A stretch of DNA of 64,000 nt from positions 14,136,001-14,200,000 of the forward strand of contig NC_043013.1 of assembly GCF_006345805.1 (NCBI RefSeq), in the 5' to 3' direction. Shown one piece after another: positions 50,474 to 63,350 of the stretch. This DNA comes from Octopus sinensis. Its lineage: Eukaryota. Positions within the stretch are counted from its first letter, which is position 1; the number at the start of each line of letters is the position of its first letter. The position numbers were made by a program, and so were the translations under genes. The notes under the pieces were generated by a model. That model made no database searches. It was not told where the DNA came from and saw only the letters and a program-made list of their open reading frames with translations.

Positions 50474-50740
50474 CACTTGGATCGGCCAGGCTGTCTGGTT
50501 TCGAGTCGGCTCCGCTGGCCATAGCATTCGCTCCATTCCCCTCGTGCTCTCACCATTTTGCTCCAAGCATTTTCCTTAAATTATCTTCCCACCTGATTGG
50601 AAGTCTTCTGAGTGGTCTCTTCCGCTCACGCGGGTACCACCCGACAACCACACGGGTCCGCCGATTTTCTGAGAACATGGCGATATGAACAACCCTTCGT
50701 AGCTCTGCGTGATGGTATTCTGCGACGACGTCGTTCACTC
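50470..50740 (-). mobile_element. RTE 3' fragment (different subfamily)
   Basis: HIAMFSENRRTR.VV.WYPRERKRP..RLPIRWEDNL. Confidence 0.65.
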
Positions 50741-51379
50741 CATTGGGACGATGACTTAGCTGACCGGAACATCGAAGTTACTGTCAACAACATTCTTGTT
50801 TAAGAATAATAAATTTGTACTCTACAAAAGTATAGGGTAAGGATCTTTTCTGTTTGCCTTTCACTTTTCATCTTCTTCAATTTTGTTCCATTTGATTTCA
50901 AATTTGGTGTACTGATGTAGTTTTTTTATGTTAACTATGGGGATGAAATTCATTTTTGCCATACATTAATAAATAAGCAATTAATAACTTTTAAAAAGTT
51001 GCAAATTTTAAGTAATTTTAGCCAAGCTGTAAGCTGCTCGCTTAGCGCGGGGTTTATTATTTCGAATGATGGTGCCCACACGTAATAACCGGAAAGCACG
51101 CGGGCCTCTGTAAAGCGAGGTAATAAACGACGCTGTGACACTCAGCGATCTATAATTGACTCGTGTCTCAGGGAGTTTATGTGGCACAGGAGATACAAAA
51201 ATTGCAATTTATTTGACTAAAATCGTAGCGTGTATCGCAAACTTTCGTTTTTGAACTTTTGCTTTTCGTGTTGTATTTATGAACTGAACTACATAAAAAT
51301 GAATTTTCTTTCCCTTGTATCACGTTTCAGTTTTATGTATAATGCGATTCTCTTCAAAATGCTTAGACGCTCTGAGTAT

Positions 51380-51818
51380 ACTCCTTTACTCTCTTTACTC
51401 TTTTACTTGTTTCAGTCATTTGACTGCGGCCATGCTGGAGCACCGCCTTTTAGTCGAGCAAATCGACCCCAGGACTTATTCTTTGTAAGCCTAGTACTTA
51501 TTCTATTGGTCTCTTTAACCGAACCGCTAAGTTACGGGGACGTAAACACACCACCATCGGTTGTCAATCGATGTTGGGGGTGGGGGGACAAACACAGACA
51601 CACAAACATATACACACACATACATGCATACATGCATATATGTATATATATATACGACGGGCTTCTTTCAGTTTCCGTCTACCAAATCCACTCACAAGGC
51701 TTTGGTCGGCCCGAGGCTATAGTAGAAGACACTTACCCAAGTTTCCACGCAGTGGGACTGAACCCGAAACTATATGGTTGGTAAGCAAGCTACTTACCAC
51801 ACAACCACTCCTGCGCCT
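51380..51818 (-). mobile_element. Full-length SINE family B
   Basis: Reverse complement of 42421-42870. Confidence 0.88.
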
Positions 51819-51869
51819 ATGTTAATCTTAAATTAGAATTATTTCCCAACTTTCCGCATAAATGTTGCC

Positions 51870-52300
51870 TTTTTTTCCCCCCTTCATAACAAAATTTAAA
51901 CGGTCCTTGTATCTTAAATTCGGTCTGTTAGGGAGTCTTTTCTGAAGGCGTAATTCTACATAGAATAGATGCTTTGCAATTCTTACACTTTGCATACGAA
52001 CTTTCAAGGCCTGCTTACCTCAGGTTACTGCGTCGCACGAGAGCTTCTATGTTTACAACATTCTTTAACTCCAAGACCTCATCTTCACTCACGTTTATTT
52101 GTAAGATATATGCAAAATTTATTGGATATTTTTACTGAAAACACTCTGAGTGTTTAATATATTTTGGATATGTCTTTGTTTTGCGGCCATGCAACTCTAT
52201 AGGTTTTCCTATAGGCTTTATCACGTCGGGGTCACCACTTTCCCTACGGCAGTTTTCGGTTATTCTACCTTAAGCTTTCTCTTAAGTTATAATATTTATT
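51870..52300 (-). mobile_element. Highly decayed RTE-like fragment
   Basis: VSEDEVLE...IEALVRRSNLR*AG resembles the RTE V.N.EVL....IE..I.RRRLRWAGH motif. Confidence 0.45.
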
Positions 52301-53282
52301 TAGGCTTTTCTCTTTGTAAGGAAGAATATAATGATTCAACGTCACTTATACTCAAGTGTTATCATTATATCTTTAACCCTAACTGCAGTTATAACGTCAT
52401 ATAGACATATACGCATGGAACGCTACGTCAACGACCATGTATGTTGAATATTTTTATCGTGTCCTTTAAACCGCTATAAGAAACATAAATCAAAGATTAC
52501 AGAAATGCATATTTATCTATGCTCAGTTGAAAAACAAACGTGAAGAGAAACATTTTCTTTTTATTATTTTTTATTATATAAATATAACAATTCATATTTT
52601 TTTTACAGTAAGAAAGATACTTTCGTCGTGAAGAAAAACGACTTTAAATTCCTTAGCTAATTTCTTCTTTCTATCTAATACGTTAACCAACAAATCAAAA
52701 TAGATTTGTGATTAACGTAGACATGGCATAAAAATTTACCGATGTCTCCAAAAGAGTGAGTGGCGTGGAGTTGAATGACTATCAAACGAACACTGATTTA
52801 TCTTTCAAAATCCAGGGTTTTTATAACTGCTCAACTTGACTAAAAAGAATCGAAATCCATGACAGATATTCTTTTCGAAACTTCTAGAATCTTTATATGA
52901 GCAGTTATATTAACCAATGGAAAAAAACGAAAATGATATTTCTTCGGCAATACGACATTACATCATATTGCCAATTTGCGCCACATTTCAAAATGGCTAA
53001 AATGGTTATTGCTACACAACAAAAGAGACAATTTTGCATATTTCGAAAATAAGTATTTTAGTGTCATTTTTTAAAAAATACACCGCTGCTACATACTGCA
53101 TAGTTATTTTGGGGAAAACTCACGATATTTGATGATGTATTTGACTGCTAAGTGTTTGATCTGATTGTGTATCGAAACCAAAGCAATAATATCGTGAAAG
53201 ATTTATATTAAACATTGAAAAAACAGCAAAAAAAAAAAAGGGACAGAACTGTTAAATTTTCTTTATTTTTTTTATATAAAAA

Positions 53283-53683
53283 CTAGCAGGGCCGCCCGGC
53301 GTTGCTCGGGTTTGTAAGGGAAATAACTATATAAGCATTTTTAGAGAGTTATAGCCAAAAAATAGCAAAAAAATGCATTAAAAATGGAAAAATAATTATG
53401 GTAATTTTTTTAAAATATCGTTGACTCATCGTAGACATTTTTAGAGAGTTACTTCCCTTATATAATAGCGAAAAAAGTGCATTAAAATGGAAAAAAATTA
53501 TGGTAATTTTTTTTTTAATCGTAGACTCATCGTAGACGCGCGCTAATACCCAGAAGGGCTCGATATGAATCACGACTATAAGATACCCGGTTTTGGTTAA
53601 ACTGCACCGCAAAATGTGGGAGAAGTTAGGAATCTAAATCGTAGGAGACAGACAGCACACAACCTCACTTTTATATATAAAGA
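53283..53683 (-). mobile_element. Non-autonomous Helitron copy 3
   Basis: Same termini; contains a ~100-bp internal tandem duplication (~53337-53534). Confidence 0.82.
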
Positions 53684-53839
53684 TTTTCGTTGCACTGTCA
53701 CTAACGCAGTTCTACGTCGCAGATAAAGCGTCGACAATTTTGTCACAAAATATTAAATAATCGAGTGAAGTTAACAGTCTATGTTTCATTATTATTATTA
53801 TTATTTGAATAGTTAATAAGTATCATACACGTCGTGATT

Positions 53840-54135
53840 GTGGAAGCAGATGGCCTTGTGGTTAGAGCAGCGGACTCGCAGTCGCGGGTTCGAATCTCAG
53901 ACCGGGACCTGAGTGTGTTTATGAGCGAAAACACCTAATCTCCACGTGACTCCGGCAGAAGGTAATGGCGAACTTCTGCTGACTCTTTCGCCACAACTTT
54001 CTCTCACTCTTTCCTCCTGCATCTTGCAGTTTACCTGCGACGGACCGGCGTCCCGTCCAGGTGGGAAACCTATACGCCAAGGAAACCAGGAAACCGGCTC
54101 TTATGAGCCAGGCATGGCTCGAAAAGGAACAAACG
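53840..54135 (+). mobile_element. SINE family C head with a different 3' part
   Basis: GTGGAAGCAGATGGCCTTGTGGTTAGAGCAGCGGACTCG...GGGTTCGAATC, diverging after CTCTTTC. Confidence 0.65.
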
Positions 54136-54563
54136 TTGTGATTACTAAGTTTTACCTTATATTGTTATTTTTTGGATCCATACGAAAATTTTCAAGGCAG
54201 AGCTGATGCGGAACGACAGTTTCATTAAAGTTTATTGTGAAGCCCAAAGTGTTAAGTTTCACTGGAATTATGTCTATAAAACTTTGAGTGAGGGCAACCT
54301 TATAGTTGTCAGTCTACGAGAGATCTTATCAGAGTTACAAAATATTAAAAAAATGTGTGATTTAGAATTAATTGATTTGAAGTCGAATAACTTATCGGTT
54401 CTGTGATGGCAAATATAAATAACTTCATAGCAGTGTTTTGAAAGCAATTGAAAAGAAAAGGAAAAAACCTATTGGGAAATATACGGTAAACAGAGTAGGA
54501 AAGATTACATCACCTTGTTTTACACCACCACTGATTGAAAAGGTGTATTTGTAAATATATATA

Positions 54564-54795
54564 TTTCTTTACTACCCACAAGGGGCTAAACACAGAGGGG
54601 ACAAACAAGGACAGACAAAGGGATTAAGTCGATTACATCGACCCCAGTGCGTAAGTGGTACTTAATTTATCGACCCCGAAAGGATGAAAGGCAAAGTCGA
54701 CCTCGGCGGAATTTGAACTCGGAACGTAACGACAGACGAAATACGGCTACGCAGGTCGCCCGGCGTGCTAACGGTTCTGCATGGCTCGCCGCCTT
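54564..54795 (-). mobile_element. Monomeric SINE family A
   Basis: TSD ~TGTATTTGTAAATATATAT on both sides. Confidence 0.85.
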
Positions 54796-55140
54796 GTATT
54801 TGTAAATATATATTAGGACAATCAACATTTCTGAGAATTTCGTGTAATACATAATGAGTCAGTAAATGTAAAATCTTAGTGAGGTCAATGAAGCAACGCC
54901 AGGGGTCAAGTCTCTCTACTCAATATATTTCTCAAGCAGTCGACTAGCTGATTTTCTCTGTCTCTTTATATTATAGTGGTTAGATCTGTGTCGATTTTAC
55001 CATTTTAAAATAAGTTTAGACCAGACCCATATCAGATAAAACACGCTATATGAATTCAGATGGGGTTTCTTCACCAATGGAAGTGGTAAGAAATATTCGT
55101 TCTATCTATGGAAATGAAGATTTAAGTATCTGGAAATACC

Positions 55141-55730
55141 TATTTCTTTACTACCCACTAGGGGCTAAACACAAAGAGGACAAACAAGGACAGACAAAGG
55201 GATTTAGTCGATTACATCGACCCCAGTGCGTAACTGGTACTTATTTAATCGACCCCGAAAGGATGCGACCTCGGCAGAATTTGAACTCAGACCGTAGCGG
55301 CAGACGAAACACCTATTTCTTTACTACCCACAAGGGGCTAAACACAGAGAGGACAAACAAGGACAGACAAACGGATTAAGTCGATTATATCGACCCCAGT
55401 GCGTAACTGGTACTTATATAATCGACCCCGAAAGGATGAAAGGCAAAGTCGACCTCGGCGGAATTTGAACTCAGAACGCAACGGCAGACGAAATGCCTAT
55501 TTCTTTATTACCCACTAGGGGCTAAACACAGAGAGGAAAAACAAGGACAGACAAAGGGATTAAGTCGATTACATCGACCCCAGTGCGTAACTGGTACTTA
55601 TTTAATCGACCCCGAAAGGATGAAAAACAAAGTCGACCTCGGCGGAATTTGAACTCAGAACGTAGCGGCAGACGAAATACTGCTAAGCATTTCGCCCGGC
55701 GTGCTAACGTTTCTGCCAGCTCGTCGCCTT
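55141..55730 (-). mobile_element. SINE family A multimer: head + 3 bodies
   Basis: Junctions at ~55313 and 55497. 23-bp flanking duplication AGATTTAA(G/A)TATCTGGAAATACC at 55118-40 and 55744-66. Confidence 0.9.
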
Positions 55731-56188
55731 ACCAAAAAGTTAGAGATTTAAATATCTGGAAATACCAACGACGGTTTGGCCAATATCGCTCGGGAAATTT
55801 TTATCCCGTAGATTTCTCTTGATCTGGACGATTAAGTCCTGGCAATGATCAGCTTCTGGAAACCGTAGCTGAAGAAAATCCAAAGCAAAATTATATTCAT
55901 TGGCTTCTTGCCCAACGTGAAAACCTGATCAAAAATCAGTAAGCAGATATTTTCCCTGTAACTATTAGAGCAGAAATGCCACAGGTGATAATCCTCGTTC
56001 CCCGTTGCACAACACCATCTAGAGAAACTATATCGATTGCCCATCGATTATGTTATGATTATGATGAAGATCCACCATCCTGTTTCCTTTTCCCTTTTGA
56101 TTTCAGCTCTTCTGCAGGAATACCATCAATATCAGAAGCTTTCCCGTTTTTAAGTTGACGCAAAACATCTCTCTCTCTCTCTCTGTTA

Positions 56189-56223
<35 letters not shown>

Positions 56224-56225
56224 TA

Positions 56226-56261
<36 letters not shown>

Positions 56262-56311
56262 GGTGTGTGGTGTGTGTTGTGTGTGTGTGTGTGTGTATGT
56301 GTGTTTGTGTG

Positions 56312-56362
<51 letters not shown>

Positions 56363-56433
56363 GTGCGTGTGTGTGTGTAGTGTGTGTGTGTGTGTGTGTG
56401 TGTGTGTTGTGTGTGTGTGTGTGTGTGTGTGCG

Positions 56434-56468
<35 letters not shown>

Positions 56469-56474
56469 GTGGTG

Positions 56475-56533
<59 letters not shown>

Positions 56534-56749
56534 TATTTATGCATGTAGGTGAGTTTGTGTTTCGATGTGCGTGCTTCTATATATTTTCTTTATTCTTTTA
56601 CTAGCGCCTATATGAAGTTATATATAAAATCCATTTAACCTTATACTGAAACGTTACTCAATATCTTTTTAGTAAAGTGCACGTTTATTAAGATATTAAT
56701 GGTCGATAGTGTCTTTAAAGTTTCAGTTTGGTCGCTTTCGTCAAGACTG

Positions 56750-56789
<40 letters not shown>

Positions 56790-58723
56790 ATCTACGTGTA
56801 ACCATTGTTGAGGGATCACGTGGAGAATTAGATCTTAAAAGATCACTTATGTGAAAAGAAATCTGTGTGAAGTACCTTTTGCGTGTATAAGCGTGTATAT
56901 ACGTGTGTATAAGCGTGTATATACGTGTGCATATACGTGTTGGCTTGTTCGTGTACCAGTGTAATTAAGCTAGTTGCTTAGCAACAATCCCAAAGTAATC
57001 ATGGTGTGCACATATATGTTTATATGCAAGCCTAATTAGCCTAATTGCTTAGCAACACTTTTAAAGTAATCACCATCACAACATGGTTGTGTGTGCGCCG
57101 CCATCTTCGTCGCCCACTCAACCAACATCAATGTCCTGTTGCCAATATTACCGTCATCATCAAAGAAGAAGCATACATACATACATACATACATACATAC
57201 ATACATACATACGTATGTACAAACATACATACATACATACATACATACTACATACGTATGTCACACCATAACATACCATACATACATACATAACATAATG
57301 TATGTACAAACATACATGTACATACATACATACATATGTATACATACATACATACATACGTATGTATGAAACATACATACATACATACAACATACATACA
57401 TAACATACGTTATGTACAACATACATACATACATACATACATACATACAATACATATACGTATGTACAAACATACATACTACATGTATACATACATACAT
57501 ACATACTATACACGTATGTATGTATGTAATGTATGTTTTTATTTGTATGTACGTATTTATTCATTGCATGCATGTATGTATGTATGTATGTATGTACGTA
57601 CGTACGTAATGTATGTATGTACGTACGTACGTACTATGTATGTATGTATGTATGTATGTATGTATGTATGTATGTATGTATGTATGTATGCATGCATGTA
57701 TGCATGTATGTATGTATGTATGTATGTATGTATGTATGTATGTATGTATGTATATATGAATGTATGTTTGTAAGTATGATTCTTTGTATGTATTTATGTG
57801 TGTATATCTGTCTGTATGTATATTTGTTTGTATCACGTATATTTATATAATTATGTTGTTTGATTTCAGTTTAAATTGCATGACAAAAAAAGAAAATCGT
57901 TATTTGCAATGTGTATTCGTATTCATGCAGAAAGGAAACTGTGACGAGGAAGCGTCCGAGATTCATTCAGTCGGATCCTATAATTTGATAAGTCACAGAG
58001 TACGTATAGGGAAAAAATATATATATACAAAGGAAAGTTTGTTTATAAATTATTCAGCTTAGTAAATAATTTATGAATACTATAGAAGAAAAAGTAAACA
58101 GGAGACTTTGTTCATAAACTATTTAGTTAACTAAATCCTTGTGAACAAAACTCACCTATGAGATATTTTGATTTACTCTCTCTCTCTCCTCCTCCTCTCT
58201 CCTCTCTCTCGCTCCTCATCTCTCTCTCTCCTCCTCTTCTCCCTCTCTCCCTCTCTCTCCTCTCTCACACATCTTACTCATCTCTCTCCCTCTCCTCTCT
58301 ATCTCTCGGCTCTCTCTCCTCTCTCCTTGTGTCTGTGTACATACCACACACACACATATATATACATACATACATATACTATATATAATATATATATATA
58401 TATGTATATATATATAGATATATATATATTATATTATATATATTATACATACATACATACACCACACACACACACACATTATAATGTATGCTATGTATGT
58501 ATGTATTATGTATGTATATATATATATATATACACACTCACAATATATATATATATATATGCACCACACACCACACTCACTATATATATATAGATAGATT
58601 ATACAGATATATATATATATAATTTATGTATACATATATGCATACATACATACATGCATACATACATACATACATACATACATACATACATACATACATA
58701 CATACATACATACACATACAGAC

Positions 58724-60070
58724 TAGGGTGATGACTTTCTTCAAGTCGAGTAAAGCTAAGGTACCATAAGGTGAACTTTATGGTATAATGAGAAAAAAAT
58801 CCTAATCATTTCTTTCATTGATACAAAAAGACTCCTCCACCAATAAACAATATATTTGACAACACTTTTACTACGGACATGCGTATATTGTTCAAGTAAT
58901 AAAACGTACTGTTATAGATTGTTTATGTAATAAGTGCAGCCTAATACAACACCAGTCTTCAAAAATCCTTGTTGGTTAACACAAATCGCAGATTTAATTT
59001 TTCAGAAGATCCGCAATCTAATTCCTCCATTATTTTTACTGCACTTTCAGCACATATGTTTGAACGCTGAACATCTCGAATTTCTGATTCTTCAAAATTC
59101 CAATTAACTTTCAAGCATTTGCATGCTTTAGTATATCCAGAAGCTGCTTCTGAAAGTTTCTGGTAGGCCATGCTGTCAAACCTTTGCTCACAAAACCACA
59201 TTTCCATCCAGTTTCCGCTGATAAAACACCTCACGTTGTAGAGTTTTTCTCTACTTTGTTTAGAAGCATTTAGGTGAGGATGGCCTAGATTGCTCGTGAA
59301 TTCCAACGGGCATTGCGAAGTCTAGGAAGTTTTCTAAACTTAATTTCTAGGAAAATGTTTTTTTGTTGATAAAATCGGAAAGCATGACCCCAAGTTCAAA
59401 TAAAAACTTAAGGTCATCTCTCTAGCCAGGATTATCATCCATTTGAAGTCCTGCTTCGCCTTGTTTCCATTCTGCCACCAAATCATCATAGTTTTTTTTA
59501 TATTAAATCGTCCATGAATGGATATGATATATTTGGTGGTGCAGTTTTTCCTTTCAGTGTATTATCCATCACATGCTTTAGGAGGCGGTCTAACACATGA
59601 TGTTGGCAACCAATGTATTGAAGTGCAGGATGGCCACACTTTATGAATTCGTTCTGAAGTTGAATGACCACTCTAGTAACCTTTCCTGTATTTACACCAC
59701 ATGTGTCTGTGATGATTATCTTGATTGCTGGCCACAATTCATAATCATCCAAAACAACCTTTAGTCCTTGAAAAATGGTATCTGCTCTGCTATTCTTCAG
59801 AATTAGTGCCGCTAATCTAATTTCTCTTGTATTGTTTTATCACTACAACAGCTTGTTTTTCTTTACCCTTCATAACCTTTCCATCGAAATGGAGCACCCA
59901 CTGGTCATTTTTTTATAAGTTGCGTTTAGTTCCTGCTTCATCTTTGCGACCCATCTCATAGCAGCTTTGTACACTTCTGACTGTGACAAGTAGCTAGCGG
60001 ATTACCCCTCGTTTGGGCAATTACTACTTCTGAGGTCCTGCTAGCTATGAAACATATGTAGCCTGGATTT
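58724..60070 (-). mobile_element. hAT-superfamily (hATm-like) transposase remnant
   Basis: Minus strand VLHFDGK (D), IITDTCGVNTG (D), GCQHHVL (CxxH), RSNICAESAVK (E). A TAGGGTG terminus at 58724; the other end was not found. Confidence 0.7.
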
Positions 60071-61019
60071 TATCAAGTCCATTCCATAATTTTGGGTTAA
60101 ACACACACAGGGTCTAGCTAAGGCTAAGGCAGTCTTTTCGGGCGATCCATATAATGTTAGGAAAGACATTTACGTGATCTTGGAGAATTGCAGTGTTATA
60201 TGCGTAACACACGAGAAAATGAGAATCGTCGCAGCTGGAGCGCTTTTGATCAGATTTCTCCTCACTCAGGGCTAAACAGAAATTAAACAGTCGGAAAGTG
60301 ATGCTGGTGCCGATACTAGTGTCATCAGGTATCTTAATATTAGTGTTCATGATGAAGGTCGTTGGCATTGTTGTTGTTTAGCCCCAGGTCAACCACGAAT
60401 GAGCAAACCTATGATCAAACGCATTCCAACGGCGACCTTCTCGTCATTTAAAGAATATGCAAGAATGCAATATTCAATGTATCCTTTCGCTGTTTAAAAC
60501 GGTAGAGCGGGAATTGAGGGAGTTTTAGGATGTTATTTCTTAATGATTGAACCTGTCTATGATCAAAAGCATTCCAAATGTGAACTCGTCATTCTAAAGG
60601 CTGCAATATCCGGTTTATCGTTTCGATATTTAAGACAGTAGATTGTGATTTGAGGGAGATTTGGGGTGCTATTTCCAACAAATTTAGCGACCACATAGAC
60701 GCTCCCTCGATGGCGTACCACATATAGTGTCACAGAAGATGTGATGTTGGTGTCAATGACAATGCTGTTGTTTAGCGATGGGTCAGTCCTCATTAAGGAA
60801 GTCGATGATTAATAGGGCATTCCTGTCATGGCTATCCCATCTATTCAGCCAGAAGCAGTGGACTTCCAGAAATACATCACCCAATGTATCACCACCTTTT
60901 TTCTTGTTAAGATGGCAGAGTGAAATTTGGGAGAGATTTGACTGCAACAAGAAATTCGAGGGACCACGTACAATCTTAATACCGCGTGGCTTCAGGTTGT
61001 GAAGATGGGTATTCGTGCT

Positions 61020-61209
61020 GGTATTTTCGTCTGCCGTTACGTTCCGAGTTCAAATTCCGCCGAGGTCGACTTTGCCTTCCATCCTTTCGGGGGTCGATTA
61101 AATAAGTACCAGTTACGCACTGGGGTCGATATATATATCGACTTAATCCGTTTGTCTGTCCTTGTTTGTCCCTTCTGTGTTTAGCCCCTTGTGGGTAATA
61201 AAGAAATAT
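61020..61209 (+). mobile_element. Headless single SINE family A body
   Basis: Starts at GGTATTTTCGTCTG. TSD GTATTCGT(G/A)CTGGTA at 61009-23 and 61210-24. Confidence 0.85.
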
Positions 61210-61453
61210 GTATTCGTACTGGTAGAGATGATGGTGTTGATGGTTGTTAGTAATGGTATTAGCATTAGCCGTAATGGTGGTGGTGGTCGTAATTGTAATG
61301 GTAATGGTGGGGAAGGAGGGAGGGCGGTTCTACCATTATCTTTGTGTTGATTACATTGTTGCTCGCTCGCTAACATAGCTTTGCTTGTAAGAAAACGACA
61401 GCTAAATGAACAAAACAAGACCAAAAACAAATACTACTACTACTACTACTTAT

Positions 61454-61491
<38 letters not shown>

Positions 61492-61839
61492 TATCATATA
61501 TAATGAAGTAACGGACAAAAGGAAACACGTTCACATGCATAGCTATACACCCATACATATATACACACGAAATATGACAAAATGAATACATAAAATAAAA
61601 GCAACTGAGACAAAAGTAGAGAAATTCCGCCGACGAAATGAAAACACATCAAGAAAATTAGTTACGTCGGCCATGATTGATGATAGTGACCTCTAGTGGT
61701 GTCTGTTTGCTGCAATTAGTGTTGAAGGATTGTCTGCCCCTGACCCGCAGCCGACATTCCCCTGTCAGCAGAAAACTCTACAATAGCTGTCTACCAAAAT
61801 AATTCGAAACCAATTACTAAGATTATATTTGCATAAAGT

Positions 61840-63350
61840 TTTGGTTGTGGTGGAAGTGATAAGGGTGGTGGTGGTGGTGGTGGTGGTGGTAGTGTGGGGT
61901 GGTGGGGGTGAAATTCCGGTGGTTGCGGCGATGATAATGGAGATTGTGTGTGTGGGGGGTGATTGTTGTAGTAGTGGTGGTAATCATGGTGTTTGTGGTA
62001 ATAGTAGTCGTGGTGGTAGAGGTAATGGTGGTGGTGGTAGCGGTAATGGTGGTGGTGTTAGTGGTTTTGGTAAGAATAGTGGCGATTGTGGAGGTAGTGA
62101 TAATAGTGATGGCAGTGGTGGTAGTAGTGGTAGTGGCGGTGGTGGTAGTAGCGGTGGTGGTAGTGGGGTGGTGGTAGTGGTGGTGGTGGTAGTGGAGTGG
62201 TGGTAGTGGTGGTGGTGGTGGTAGTGGTGGTGGTGGTAGTGGTGGTGGTGGTAGTGGTGGTAGTGGTTGGTGATAGTAATTTTAGTGGATTTGGCGTGAA
62301 TAGTGGCGATTGTGGTGGTGGTGGTGGTAATAGTGGTTGCTGTGATAATAGCGGTGGTTGGTGATGGTGGAGGTAGTTTGTAGCGAAAGTAGAAGTGATT
62401 GTGTGTAATAGTAGTGATATTATTTATAGCAATAACAGTTCTGGTGGTGGTTGTAGTGGTAGTGGTTGTGACTGTAACTGTGGTGTTGTGGAGATGGTAT
62501 TGGTGATGGTGGTATTGTAATGATTTTAGGGGGTTGCTAAGGGTGATGGTATATGTGATAGTGGTTGTGGTAGTTGCGATTGTGGCTTTGACCACAGTAG
62601 AGATGGGTAGGTTGTGGTGATTCTAGTATTGGAGATTATAGTGATGGTAGTTGTAGCGACGCGGTGGTTTGGGTGATAGTAGAGGTGAAGTTGTAGAAAT
62701 GCTAGTAGTAATGGTAGTAGTAGTATTTTTAATAGCTGTAGTAGTAATAAAAGTAGTAGTGATAATAGTAGTAATACTAATAGTAATAGTAGTAGCAATA
62801 GCAGTAGTAGTAATAGTAGTAGTGGCAGTAGTAGTAGTGGTGGTGGTAGTGGTGGTGATGTTGTAGCAGTAGTTGAAGTGTTGATACTGGACGTTGTTGA
62901 GGCAGTGGTTGTTGTATATGTAGTTGTGTCAGGGGTGTCATTGCTTGTAGTTGTTGCGGAGGTAGTGCTAGTGGTAGTTATATAGGTGATGGTTACGGTG
63001 GTAGTTCAAGTAGTGGTTATGACAGAGGTTGTGAATGTTGGTGTGGTTAAGATTGTAGCGGTTATTGTTATAGTGGTGGTGATGGTGGTGGTGGTAGTTG
63101 TAGTGGTGATGGCAGTAGTGGGTGTAGTGGTGTTTACGTTGGTTATAATGTGTTAGCTGTAATTAAATTAAATGGCTATAGTGTTGTGGCGGTAGTGTTG
63201 TCGTAGCAGTCATATAGGTTGTAGTAGTGATGAAAGTATTAGTGATTGTAGCAGTTATAGTAACGACTACAGTGGTGGATATAGTGGTGAGAGGAATTGG
63301 GGTGATAGTGGTTGTGGTCGTAATAATTGTGAAAGCGATGGCATGCTATT
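61840..63350. repeat. Degenerate (GGT/AGT/TGT)n triplet low-complexity tract
   Basis: About 1.5 kb of G/T-skewed triplet repeats. Confidence 0.85.

Noticed and set aside
52400-53260. Possible very old mariner transposase (also a fragment at ~55810-55890)
   Set aside because: Only faint motif resemblance and no TIRs; cannot be supported without alignment.
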